Part shown: piece after piece, positions 13,101 through 26,292 of the stretch
Layout: each line of letters starts with the position of its first letter
Position numbering within the stretch: the stretch's first letter is position 1
Assembly (NCBI GenBank): GCA_048213135.1
Contig: PS015067.1
Coordinates: 15,021-57,024, forward strand
Reading direction: 5' to 3'
DNA length: 42,004 nucleotides
Origin: Reclinomonas americana ATCC 50394
Taxonomy: Eukaryota
Program-made: the position numbers and the translations under genes
Notes under the pieces: generated by a model
The model's input: the letters and a program-made list of their open reading frames with translations, nothing else
Database searches by the model: none
Told to the model about the DNA's origin: nothing

Positions 13101-16100
13101 TGACAGCACCCTTTTGTTTGCAACATAGCGCAATCACGCATCACTCGCCCATTCCCTTACACGCACCTGCCGTCAACAAAGNNNNNNNNNNNNNNNNNNN
13201 NNNNNNNNNNNNNNNNNNNNNNNNNNNNNNNNNNNNNNNNNNNNNNNNNNNNNNNNNNNNNNNNNNNNNNNNNNNNNNNNNNNNNNNNNNNNNNNNNNNN
13301 NNNNNNNNNNNNNNNNNNNNNNNNNNNNNNNNNNNNNNNNNNNNNNNNNNNNNNNNNNNNNNNNNNNNNNNNNNNNNNNNNNNNNNNNNNNNNNNNNNNN
13401 NNNNNNNNNNNNNNNNNNNNNNNNNNNNNNNNNNNNNNNNNNNNNNNNNNNNNNNNNNNNNNNNNNNNNNNNNNNNNNNNNNNNNNNNNNNNNNNNNNNN
13501 NNNNNNNNNNNNNNNNNNNNNNNNNNNNNNNNNNNNNNNNNNNNNNNNNNNNNNNNNNNNNNNNNNNNNNNNNNNNNNNNNNNNNNNNNNNNNNNAAACC
13601 CCCACCATGCAGTGCATTGGCCGAATTGCTGAGCAGAACCGCCAATTGAATCGTCGCCGCTTGCGATGTGGTCAAGTAGAAAGCCCCTCCCACCGGCGCA
13701 GAGTTGTACTGCAGGATGGCGCTGGTCACGTGCAGCACGCATGCGTCCTCCACAGCTGTCGCACCACCGGCCACTGCGCAGCGACCAAGATGTTATCACC
13801 CACTCTCTCTCGCACCCCCTTCCTGTCTTCGTCATCCCATCACGCAACACAACGCCGTGTTATTGCCCATGGTTCCTCCAGTCACCGTGACTGCGCCTTG
13901 CGTGTGCGCCGACAGACAACCACCGTTCTGCGTGTCGTCGTTGAGTACAATACGCGGAGACGACAAAGTTAACACACATACACATATAGATCTATACGAA
14001 CCAGTGCTGCCGTATTGAACTGCGTAAGCGAGAGCAATACAGTGAGAAATCAAGCCAGACTTCATAGACACAACTCAGTAGCACCACACACCAGACAATC
14101 TGTAGCGTACATGGTGAGGGCGCCGCTTTCGGCGTAGACGGCGCCACCATCCTTGCTCGCCGAATTATTCTTCAGCTGGCAGTTGTCAAAACTCAAGGTG
14201 CCGGAACTCTCCAGGGAAGCCGCACCGCCACTGCCCGCCACGGTATTCTGCTGCATGATGCAGGACGAAGCGTTGACAGAGGACGATGTCTCCACCGCCA
14301 ACGCTGTGAGATCGGTGTCAGAAACTGTGTTCGACATGGACACGAAGAGCAGTAGTCGTGCACGCGATGGTCACCAGCGCCAATGCCCTCAAACGGCAGC
14401 AGACCAAACGAGCCCAGCACCGAGTTCTCGACAAGTGTGCGCGTGAGCTGAGCGGAGACGTACGCCGAAAAGTACAGAGCGCCACGAATTCTGTTCGACA
14501 AGCAGAGTGAGACGTTTCAACAATGGGGCGCACATCGGTCGAGCGGCTTACCTTGGCCGCGACAGAAAGCTATACGGTTGGTCAATTGCACCCACGAGGG
14601 TCCGTGTGGCGTTGAAGAAGCAGCTACGCAGTCGATCAGCGAGAGTTTGCTGACACGCACGACGTACACAAACAAACTCGCGCAACTCGGTGACAGTCAA
14701 CTGGCTGTACTGGCAGGCGAGCAGCGCACCGCCACCAGCATCCACTCCCGTCGCTGTTGACAAGATTGACACTTGCACCGTGTTCGCCTGAAACTGAACA
14801 TTGCTTAGCACCGCAGGAGCCACTTCCAGGAGCCACAGCGCGCCGCCACCGACCCTGCGTTCATCGTCAGATACATTGACGGTGCGGTGCGACTGACCAT
14901 CATCTCCCAACGCGTACCAGCTGGACTGTGCCGTTGCGGACGACACTGTCGCCACAACAGAGCAGTTGACAAACTGGCTGTTGGTAATCCGGAGTGGTGT
15001 CGGCGCATTCGAATAGCCGGACACATAGATGCAACCTGCGTCCGCACGCAACGGTCAGTCTCTCTCTCACAGACACGGCTCGGAGCCGATCACGGTCTTG
15101 CTGGCACGAACGCACCCCCTCCAAGCTGGGTCTGAGAATAGGTCACGTTCTGAAAGCGAACCGAGCAGTTCGCCATGTACAAGCGATCAGCAATAAATGA
15201 TGATCCTCGCCTACCACAAACGGATGCAACGTGTTCAGCGGGCAACACAGTCGCGGCAGAAAAATGAAGCTGCTGAACACGCTACGAAACCAAATAAAGA
15301 TTCCACCGCCACCGGATGCGCTCAGCTGATTAGTGGCGCCCACAAACAGTGTCGCATCCACAATCGTTACATTTGAGGCCGTGACGGTACCTGTGAAATG
15401 GAGCCACAAATGAATCGGCAGCCCGGACGAGCGATCGTGATTATCACTGCATTTCTCACCCTGCAAAAACATCGCTCCGCCGCCACCATAGTTGAAGAGA
15501 TCGCTGCCGGTGGGGAAGGTCACTGAATCGAGAACGACAATGCCGGTCAGTGCACAAACAAACGAAAAGTTTGTTGAGACAACTGGCGCATAAAACTTTC
15601 GCCAAAGTACACGCTGCACTGCGTCAAAGTGACGTTGGTGAGCATCAGGTTGAACGTGAACTGCGTCCAAAAACATCCACCGCCGCTGTTCGGGAACACT
15701 GACGGCGCGGTGGTCTGTGGCGTCGATTGCGTAATCGAAGTAGAGCACCTGGGCGACACACACACAGTCAGTTTCAGCTCTTTCTCTCTTTCTCTCTCTC
15801 ACAGAGACAGGGCCTCCCACCGCGTCATCGCCACATTCGTCAGCGATCCAAGTGCCATTGCAATGCATCCGCCAGACGATTGCACACGGCCACTCAACGT
15901 TTCGTGCACCTAAAAGATGCAAAAGTCAGCCCACGAAACATAAGCGGGAGTGCGTACAACGGAGACACCAACCGTGACTGACGAGCTGGTGGACGATGCG
16001 ATGCGTACACAGAGCAAGTCAGTCACCACCAAGCGTCACATGCCTTTACCCCCACTCGTACGCACTTGCTTACACTGGTCCCGTGGAGGTACATGGTGCC

Positions 16101-17991
16101 CTCAAACGTTCCATCCAGGGCACCAACGCCCAGGACGCTACCATCTTGCTGGCAAGTCACAGACACAATCGTCCGACAACCCGCAATGTAGGAGCCGTAA
16201 TCGATCCACAAACCGGCCGTTGCAATTGCAACAGCACTTCCGCCCACGAGAAGTTGGACGGTTGGATCGACCCTGCAGCACCACATGCACACCCATCCGT
16301 TGCCTCCAACTCAGTCACTGTGAGAGACGACGACGCATGTAGGAACAGATAAAATACGCAACGCCGACGGTGGTGTGATCGACAAGACAGTGACTGTGGA
16401 ATTCGTCACACTGCAGTCGATAGTGGTGAGATTCTGCGTGCCGGTCGCATACAACGCTCCGCGGACATTGTACACCACAGACACGGCGGACTGCGAGCTT
16501 TCCAAATACACCTGCACAATGCGAGTCAATTTTAGTGACAGGCAGGCGATTACTTTTCTCACCGCATGGGGCGATCCGCACCTCGTCCGAACTCATTTGC
16601 ACGCGCGTGAGAACCGCAGAGCCCGTGGACAGCAATATCGAAGAACCGCCCATCAAACTAGTGTTCGCGTTAAACTGATTGCCCACCTGCGAGGCGACGA
16701 TCCGGTTGCGTGCAAACACACTGCTGGTTACCGACAGCGCAATCTGCATGGTCATCAGCGCACTTCCACCCATCAACGACATCACATGCGTGCTGTTGGT
16801 TATTTGGAAGAGATTCTACGTGGCCACATGCACGGCTGGTAAGCATGACTGCATCGAGTACGAGGGCGATTGCGTAGTGTACCTCGGTGAACGTGCAGTT
16901 GACCAGTTGCATGTTTGCATTCGTGACCGACATTGATACCGCACTGGTGGCACTCAACCATGCCAGTCCTGCGCCGCCCGAGTTCGGCTACCAGCAGGCA
17001 CACAGATGCTTAGCGAACGTATCGCGAGACACAGCGACAGTATAGTTTGAGTCACGCACCGTTGATCCCTGAAGGTTGAATAAATTTACGGAATTCGTGA
17101 CGAACTGCGAACCGGTGGCGTTGAGGCTGAGATACGTGCCTGCGACACGATCCACCACCATCACTTAGCAAGATAGTAGCCAACAAAGACACACCGAGCT
17201 GTCACCGCGATTGCCGTACCACTTGCCAGCATGCCAGCGCCACCAAGCGCACATGTCACCGTTTCACCACCGGATTGCACCGTGTTGCCACCAACCATAT
17301 TGCCTGTGAATGTGGTGCTGCCGAAGAGTGCGACGGAGAGCAGAGGTGCTGTCGAGCCCACCACACATGCATCAGTCAGTGGCCACGAAACAAACAGGAG
17401 AGAACAATCGCTACGCACCGGCTCCGGGCGGTGGATTGTTGGTCAGCACCGGCGTCAACACAGCACTAGTATGCATGCTAGTGAGCACAGAGAAACGTAC
17501 AACAGGATATCCACGCGTGCAGCTGACCCACCAGCCTGCACCGCCACCACCGAGGTACGACGAGCCCGTCAGGGACACCCACTGCGTGACTGTCACCGTG
17601 TTATTGGCAAACAGGCAGTCGCCAATGTTCACCGTGGACGCCAGATAAGGTGCCGACGCTGCGATACACGTTGTCATGAACAGACGACAACAAGATCGCA
17701 CTACACAAGCTGCTGCTCACCGACAATACTATAAACGAGCAACCCAGCGCCGGCAAACACGGGAGTGGTGCTGAGCGTCACCGTCGGATTGGACACTGAG
17801 ATGGAGTTGCCCGCAAACGTAGTGCTGGTGACTGCCATCACAGTCTGCCCTGTCGACACAATGCCTACCGCTGCGCCGCCCCACGCAAACTGTGTGTATG
17901 GGACGCCAGCGCTGTTGGCGCCAATCTAATTCGACACGCATCCACCAGCGAGTTAGTCAACGCGTTGTGTCGGCACCTCCTCCTCCTCCTC

Positions 17992-18027
<36 letters not shown>

Positions 18028-19461
18028 CAAAGCAACGCACCGCACACAGCAGCGAGTTGGCAGAGAAGAGGCTGTCGTGAATCGCCACATACTGCACACC
18101 GACAGCAGTCACCGCACCGCGCAGGGTTCCCGCGTGACTCGACAAGTGCACATTGGAGAGCATCAAACTCGCCTGCGATGCACTCTGTGGAGAAGCAAAA
18201 GAAAAAAANNNNNNNNNNNNNNNNNNNNNNNNNNNNNNNNNNNNNNNNNNNNNNNNNNNNNNNNNNNNNNNNNNNNNNNNNNNNNNNNNNNNNNNNNNNN
18301 NNNNNNNNNNNNNNNNNNNNNNNNNNNNNNNNNNNNNNNNNNGCCGCTCCATCAGCCACACGGACATGAATGCAGCGGAGAGGGAAACCGAACACAACAT
18401 TGGAAGAAGGAGCATGAAGCCACGCGTGACCGCCGACAAAGCCGCTCACGGTCACATTGGCGAGTGAAAGCTGTGCGATCACATAATGAGCTCTGAGAGG
18501 CTGAGGGGCACAGGTGGTGCACACTCGTGACGGGGAATTACCGTGGTCGACAGCGCCGTGGTGGCGATGCCGGTCGGTTCGGCCACAAGAGAGCACTGGG
18601 CCAGCGACGCGGCAAAGCAGGCGAGAAACACAGGTTGCGGCAGTGTGCTTGACGGCGACGCCACCCAACCCAAGCCCTCCACCGTCAGCTGACCGCGAAC
18701 CGACAGCGACGAATGCACCCCGAACACAGCAAGGAGTGGTGCTGTCAGCAAGTCGTCATTGTGCAACTGCATGGTGACAGGCCCGGTGGTGGCCACGGTG
18801 ATGTTGGCGTCTGTGCGAAGCGAGTGAGGGTGATGCGATAGTGCCGGCACCTCCGCCGCCCAGTGCGCCTCACCGACAAACTGCGAGGAGAGTGGGAGAC
18901 TCGGCGATGGCACATACACTCCGGCTGTCAACTCGATCACGAGGTTGGCCACACAGACGCCCGACAGGTTTGAGGTGGCCAGCGTCGCCAGTGCACACGG
19001 CGGTGCAGCTGGCGGAGGCGTTGCAGTGGGAGAGAACGTGCATGGAGTCGCGGCTGCTGCTGATGCCGAAATGCCAACTGCGCCAAAAATAAAAATGCAT
19101 GCGGTCAAAGTCAAGCATGAGAGCATGAGCGTGCCCACAACAGCCGTGTTTGACAGCGCGCACACATACACGAATCACACACAAAGAGAGAGGGAGAGAA
19201 AGCGCGCGCGCACACATGCAAGCAGGTCACATGTTTTCCACGATCCTCCGATGTTCCTCTCTCTCGCTCTCTCCCCTGCCCTCTCACTCTGACTCCCCCT
19301 CACGCACACCACCCACCTGAAGACACACAGGAAGCCACGGCGAAGCGCACAGCACCCGGTACAGCCACGGACAGAGCAATCGCCACGAGCAGTGCGCCGA
19401 GGCAACTCAGCAGTCGACTGCCCCGACCACCATTGTGCGGGGCTCGCCGCCGCAGGCGCAT
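7197..19461 (-). CDS. Large multi-exon cell-surface protein: signal peptide, beta-helix (Chlamydia PMP-like FxxN/GGA) repeats, Cys-rich region, C-terminal multi-pass TM domain
   Basis: ATG 19461 MRLRRRAPHNGGRGSRLLSCLGALLVAIALSVAVPG; repeats such as QQNTVAGSGGAASL, NNSASKDGGAVY, LQYNSAPVGGAFY, FDNNYAEYGPSMASSP; CPPGFG...CSACPYGQY...CATCP, PLCGQCDAGY; TM region YATLLVL|ECLFPITVGLLLWRW...WFENYRAPVYW|WESVLLARRIVLLLLF; stop at 7197. Confidence 0.75.
8144..8672. repeat. Intronic array of ~6 degenerate copies of a splice-acceptor plus exon-start unit, mostly ~80-135 bp apart
   Basis: GGGAACAGGCATTCCTG-like cores at ~8145, 8231, 8366, 8448, 8527 and 8643; the first copy is the real acceptor CAG|GAATGCCTGTTCCC on the - strand. 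Confidence 0.75.
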
Positions 19462-19700
19462 GCGTCACAAGCCTGGGGGATGCTCACGCACAGAGCAATA
19501 GACGAAGGCTTGCGCTGCGGTGGAAGGAGGAGGATTGACAATTTCGTTGCATTGCATTGCCATCTCTCAGGACCTGGCGCCATGGCCATGGCGGAGTCGC
19601 CCGGAAGATGTTGATTGTGCAGGCAAGTTTATATTACAGTCGCAGCTGCAGCAGTGATCCAATCACTTACTCTTTCTTTTTTTCCATCCTAGTCTGTCTG

Positions 19701-22700
19701 TCACGGTCCACCCTCGGACGGCGACAGGCTGGACCGCCGGTTGCGGATGCCGGCGCTGGCGCTGGTTGGCGACAGGAACGACACACTCGGTCGTCTTCGG
19801 CTTGCGCTATCCGGTGTGCGCGCCACCGAGGCAGGCGTTCTTACGTCGGATCCGGACGTCGGCCTCACGCTCGAACGCTCACGTCCACCGTTGCTCGACA
19901 GCGATAATCTGCGGTCGCCGGGCGGCAGTGAACCACCGTTGGCCATGCTGGAGAAAACGCGGTTGACATCGCAGTCCAGATCCTGTTGCAGCAGCTGATG
20001 CTCGGAACCCATTCGTCTGCGAGGCGTGCCTCCCGACGAGTGCTCGCTGTGCGACGTGCCGGGCTCGTCAAAGAACACCACTTGTGCCGACTTTTGTTTT
20101 TTCTCGCGATCGTCTCCGGCGCCGAACTCGTCGCGCGCGGGAAGCGGGCTACCTGGTGGTGCCGCATACAGCGTGGAACGGCTGTTGGTGGCTGACGGGG
20201 GTCGACTGCTCCTCAACGCAGACGGCGGTCGATTTGCGGCGCCGACAACTTCCACAGCCACTTGCAGATCTTCCTGTCGACCATCTGGATCCTTGGCATC
20301 CTCCAAGCTTGGAGATACGGCGGATGGGATAGAGTTGAACATGTTCCACCCCTCCGGCAAGCGATCTTGCAGGCGCTCCGGCAGAATCTGGAACACTGTG
20401 TGCACGAGACGGGAAACGCAATCAGCACATTGTGGATCACGAAAGACGACATGCATGATCAGCTCACCGTGCATCACCTCCGACACGCCCTTCAGCTCCA
20501 TTGGCTATCACACCAGAGATTGTCAATCACGCCATTGGAAAGCAGGAGAGAGAGTAAGAGACAGCACACAATAGACGCACCCCAATGTAGTTGGTCACCA
20601 CCGGCATGTCCAGCTCGAGTCGCCCTTCAGAGTCCTGTGTGTGTACCGCGCCGAGTGTCAGCGAAAACAATCAACACCAAGGTGTGTCTGTTCACCCGCG
20701 ACTGACACGCAACTCGTGGCAAAGTGCGCAGGAACTCGTCCGATACGTGGATCATGCCGCCCTTGGCCGTGCCGGACACACGCGCACCTCGATTGATCGT
20801 CGTGCCTGTGTGTGTCATCATGCCAGTAAGCGTAATGAATTGAATGAGAGTGGGACACAGGGGCGCAGTGCACCGTAGTAGTCCAGCCGACCCACGACCT
20901 CGTCCATCTGCGTGTCGTGCGCAACATGCAGTGAGTAAGCACGACTTCACAAGCTGATATGACAATCGTAGATAGTGCTCACCTTGTGCGTGGCTTCGCC
21001 AAAGTGCAAGCCCATACGAATTCTGAGTCCACGGTAGATGACGCCATATCTGGCCGAGTCCACAATCGCGCCATAGTTGAGCTTGTAGAGAGCTTTCGGC
21101 CAGCGTGTCTGCGGTATAGAAAATGGTGGTGAGATGCGATGCAATCCTTGTTTCCCCCGCAAGTGTGGTGTCTGTTACTGTACCTCCAGCAGTGCCATTT
21201 GCGTCTCCAGCGCCCAGTGAATCGCATCGAACGGCTTGGTGAAGGACACCATGAAAGCGTCACCTGCCCCACAGCAACAGAGTTAGGCACAGTTCTCTTG
21301 TCTCGGTGTGCTGAACGTGTGAACACGATGCACACCTTCTGTCTTGACCTCGAAGCCGTTGTGGTCGCGCAGTCCGCGACGCATGATGCGGTGGTGCTGC
21401 TGAATGCAGCGCGACATCAGATCGGCGTCCGTCTCCCACAGAGCCGTCGAGCCTGCGCAGACTGTGTCAGTATCTCAACTCAGTTCAACCTGCACATTGC
21501 GCCGACTCACCTTCAATATCCTGTGCGATGGAAGGATACACAAAGAAGACAAGATCACAAATCAGCAACACATCACATCGCTTTCGTTAAAAATGAACCC
21601 ACCGTGAAGCCGACCACAATCTATACATCCATAGAGAATGAAAATGAGCGACCTGCTGACGGTATAAGTGATGGACGCGACAGCACTGACCGTTCCCTTT
21701 GGTGCGTTGTCCAGAGCGGCGACATAGAGATCCTCGGCGTCGACGCCGTACGCTTGGCTGTCGTTGTGCTCCTCGCGGTAGGTGCGGTCCTTGTAGATGA
21801 AGCGCGAAAGGTACATGAAAACAGCGGTGTTGGCGAGCACAAATGAGGCCACGACGACGGAGGTGAAGATTTGAATCAGTAGCTGCATGCCGCGATTCGC
21901 CGGGATATTTCCATGAACTATGCACGCAATCACGATAAGCCTCAAGATACATCCTGCACTCCGTTGAAAGCACACAGGACCCACCGCTCTTCACATGCTC
22001 GTCCTTGTAAAACACGCCCGTCAACACGAGGCCCACCACAGAGCACACTCCATGGACACCAATGGCGTCGCACGGATCTGCATGCACATCGTTCAGTTTG
22101 TTGTCGACTAGCGAAAAGAATTGTGAGAGAGCAGTACCGTCAATGTGCAGACGCTTGGAGAGCCACTGCGATGCAACGGGGAAGAGGAATGAGAATGAGG
22201 AGTGCGCACGGAATGCCATTGCCATTGCCATGCTTTCCAACTGACCACGCCCGAGTGGTATGCAGCGCCGCACACACAGCCGATGATGAATGCTGCCCAC
22301 GGTTCCACGAACGCGCATGCTGTGTGTTTCCACTTCAGGCAGCGACGAGGATGTGAAAAGACTACAGCTTATTGTCAGACGAACCAGATGTAACGCCAAC
22401 CAAGCCGGCCAGCGACCCGTTGAGCATCGAGTTGACATCGTAGATGCCCATACGCATGCTAGATGCATACATACACACATATACACATACGTGTGTAAGT
22501 GCAAGAAAGCGATCATGTTTTGGATGTTCACTTGCACACACCGAGCAATGAACAATGCGGCGAGCGTGGCACCCGAACCGGCAACAATGGTGTTGATTGC
22601 TGCGCGACCTGCGATGCGCGTAGATGGTTCAGCGAACCGCGTTCACAGGCACTCACTGTGTTGGCCTACTGTCAAATCGTACCTGCAGTGCGCATTTGAT

Positions 22701-24662
22701 CTGTACCGGGTGCGATGGTGACGGTGGAGATGGAGTTGAACCCCTGCGACACGTCGCGAGTTAGTTCCAAGAAGGACGACGCCAGCCGAATGGTCAGTGA
22801 AAACTTACCAGCCATCCGAACCACAAAATGAAACTGCCCAGCGCCTGCAACATTTGTTGCGTCTTCACCCACTGTGAGCGAACCATCTCCAGTGTGGTGT
22901 CGGCCTGCACATGCACGCATGAGTATCGCTCGTGGACGGCTGCAGATACCAAAGACACAACGCATGCATATATGCACCGCCACGTTTTCCACAGAGTCGT
23001 CCTCGGTGGCTCCGCCCACCGAGGATCCGCGGTCGGAGGAATTGTTGTCAGGGGTGACCTTTGGCGTGCCGAACACCACACCCGGGCGCGGACCGATAAT
23101 CTGAAGCGTAGGCGTCAGGAGAAGAGATCGTTGAAGTGCACGCCCAAGAAGATCTCACAGTACGCACCGCTGCACCGGCGATCGAAGCATATCCGCCAAC
23201 CATGTGCACAGCGCAGTCGCCAGCGAAATCGAGCACATAGTAACCACCGAGAATGCGCTTCTCCACCGGCGCAGAGCTGCACAGATCGCCAAGATTAGGG
23301 CATCATCTGCGCGGTCACATAGACACACACATTCCACGTGCATACCCGCTGAGCCAGCCATCTACATTTGTCAGAGGTCAGCAAAACGAATAAAAACTCG
23401 GACATCTGAGCGCACAAACACCGTCTGCCTCACCTTTGCTCCATGTCCAGTGCGCGATCACACCATAGACCCAGCTGCAAATGAACAGGTTCAGTATGAG
23501 ATAGCCCTGCAGCGGCGTCGGGTGAGATCATAGACGGGATCACAGTGCGCACGCAGCCACCAAGTGCGAAACTGAAAACTTGATGCGCTCCTGTGTGTTG
23601 TCGCATTGTCAGCTCGCATTACTATCAGTGAGGGGGAAAAGGACAAATGGGACGCAACGGCCACAGCTCCAGACATCACAGTGCCCTGCTCAGCGAGAGA
23701 GTGTCAGACGCGCGCGTGCGCGTGCTGTGTGTGCGCGGATTTCTAAACTCCATAAGGACGCAACAGCTGCAGCGCAGAAACCAAAACCGTACATCCACAC
23801 CAGCGCCTCGTTGGTGTTGTTGGGAATGGCAAACACCTGATTTATGTTGAAACCAAAAACACCATTCGACTCTGTGTGTGTGCGCGGTGAGAAATAAGGA
23901 GATCAACTGCTTTCCAATTTGAGAAACAGTATGTGCGTGAAAGCAGAGGGCAAGGAGGAGAGTCTGACTGGCTGCGCGCGTAAGCCCACGTGTTTTTGTG
24001 TGCAGGTATGTGCGTGTATGTATGCGCTCGAGGCGAGAAGAGTACTCTGAAGTGCAAAACCGAAAGTGACCGTTGACGTACCCGAATAGGCAAGAGTGCT
24101 TCCCAGCGCCCACCAGGCCAGCGCCGCCGTTCCCGTGTCGGCATAGTTTTTGAGCACGATAAGTTGCACGCCCTTTTTCACACTTGCTGCCTGTGACGTG
24201 CACGGGGGAAAGAGAGAGCGAGAGAGTGAGCGAAAGAGAGTCAGAACGAAACACCCAACGAACACACACACACGCCACAAGGCATGCAACGTGCGACAAC
24301 TCACCTCAATGAGCAAAAAGCCAGCCTTCATGAAGAACACGAGTGCGGCACCGACGAACACCCACTGTCATAGAAAGACCAGCGTGAGACTGCCTTCCTT
24401 GTTTGGCGCGCACACACCAATAAGGACGTTTCTTCTTCGTTTCAGGCACACAAGCGAGGGAGAAAGATGTGGTGGTGTGTACCAGACACACACGCACGCA
24501 CACACGCGAACAGATCGAGAAAGAGAAAAAAAGAAGGCAGCCACACGCTTGCAACAGGGAGAGAGTGATGTTCATGGAGAGTTTTGGTGCAAGTCAGTCA
24601 TCGCACGCAACAACAGCATTGACGCTCAGCGTCAGCTCTGCGCTGGCGTTGGTACCGCTCAT
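19701..24662 (-). CDS. Ammonium transporter (Amt/MEP) - class III adenylyl cyclase fusion protein, paralog A
   Basis: Spliced: WVFVGAALVFFMKAGFLLIE|AASVKKGVQLIVLKNYADTG...|ILGGYYVLDFAGDCAVHMVGGYASIAGAA|GPRPG...LGSFILWFGWL|GFNSIS...|DPCDAIGVHGVCSVVGLVLTGVF...FMYLSRF...LDNAPKGT|IVVGFT|DIEG|STALWE...GFEVKTEG|DAFMVSF...RGLRIRMGLHFGE|GRLDYY|GTTINRGARVSGTAKGG...ELKGV; Ser/Arg-rich tail, stop at 19701. Confidence 0.92.
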
Positions 24663-24913
24663 GAGAGGAGGCCAAATCCGTGAAACCGACGACAACTGAG
24701 CCACAATCACTCCGTGCGACACAAACAATAAAAACGACGTATGATGCGTACGAAGGACAATTTGGATGCGGCCAACGACATGCATAGGGAGGGCAGTAGC
24801 TCTCACTGATCTGTCAAGCCCGCGTACCCCCAAAGAAAAGAGAAAAAAACTGTATTTCTCACGCGCGTGGTGCGCCGTACAACACAACTTCCGAAACTTG
24901 CTTCTCGACGCAC

Positions 24914-26051
24914 TCAGAACCGCTCGCCTGTGCCGCCGCCACCACCACCGAGACTCCAGAAGTCACCCTCGAGACCTACTTGTGCGAATATGTCACGCGC
25001 CTCCTGCACGGACCACTTGCGCCAGTCGCGGCGCGCATGCTGCCCGTACCACACTCGAGAGAGCGCAATGAGCTGCGGCATGGGCACGACGGCACCGCGT
25101 GCGCTCTTAATGGCCCCTCCACCGCAGTGCCGCTGCACCCACGCGTCAATATCGTCGGCGCAGCGAAACGGCACACAGCAGCTGCATGTGTGATGCACGT
25201 TGTCCCAGGCGCGCCGAGGCGGTACCGAAAAGTGCACCACCAGCTCCGGCTGGTCACACTGCATCGTGTCGCCGCCATCGACGCGAATNNNNNNNNNNNN
25301 NNNNNNNNNNNNNNNNNNNNNNNNNNNNNNNNNNNNNNNNNNNNNNNNNNNNNNNNNNNNNNNNNNNNNNNNNNNNNNNNNNNNNNNNNNNNNNNNNNNN
25401 NNNNNNNNNNNNNNNNNNNNNNNNNNNNNNNNNNNNNNNNNNNNNNNNNNNNNNNNNNNNNNNNNNNNNNNNNNNNNNNNNNNNNNNNNNNNNNNNNNNN
25501 NNNNNNNNNNNNNNNNNNNNNNNNNNNNNNNNNNNNNNNNNNNNNNNNNNNNNNNNNNNNNNNNNNNNNNNNNNNNNNNNNNNNNNNNNNNNNNNNNNNN
25601 NNNNNNNNNNGCACACATTCTCGCGCTCCGCCCCGAGGCGAGTGTGAATGAGCACTGCCGTCGCCGCACCGCTGCCGCCGCTGTCGACGAGGAGGAGAGT
25701 GGCGATGCCGAGAGCGCACCACATGCATGGTGCCCACCAGCCCCGCGACGCATCGCCCTCCACCTCCACCCACGTGTGCGTTGGTGACATGGAGAACGGG
25801 TGCACCACCCACAGCGGAGGCAAGTGCACTCCGTCGGCGTGCTCCTCCTCGTACGGGTGCAGCACTGCCGCGTGACCAGCCTCCATGCGGCGCAGTGAGG
25901 ATGCCAGCGCCGCCAGGCTGCCACCAAACACTTCGTCGGCGAGTGTGGCGTAGGTGGGCGGTCGGCCGTCGTGAAGCATGCCTGTCACAATCAAGTGATG
26001 GATCAATGCATCGGCTTTCTCCTCCTCCTCTTCGGCCGCCTCCCTCTCCAT
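24914..26051 (-). CDS. Alkylmercury lyase (MerB)-like protein, interrupted by an N gap that probably holds an intron
   Basis: N-terminal HTH-like GRPPTYATLA; WVVHPFSMSPTHTWV; WWAPCMWCALGIATLL; VVHFSVPPRRAWDNVHHTCS; DIDAWVQRH; LSRVWYG...WRKWS...IFAQVGLEGDFWSL. Confidence 0.75.
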
Positions 26052-26292
26052 CGCTGCCGGTGCGCAGGCTGACAACATTGGGGGCAATTGTNNNNNNNNN
26101 NNNNNNNNNNNNNNNNNNNNNNNNNNNNNNNNNNNNNNNNNNNNNNNNNNNNNNNNNNNNNNNNNNNNNNNNNNNNNNNNNNNNNNNNNNNNNNNNNNNN
26201 NNNNNNNNNNNNNNNNNNNNNNNNNNNNNNNNNNNNNNNNNNNNNNNNGTATTAGCTGCCTCGCTCTCTCCTCTCACCACTCTCTAGATCAA

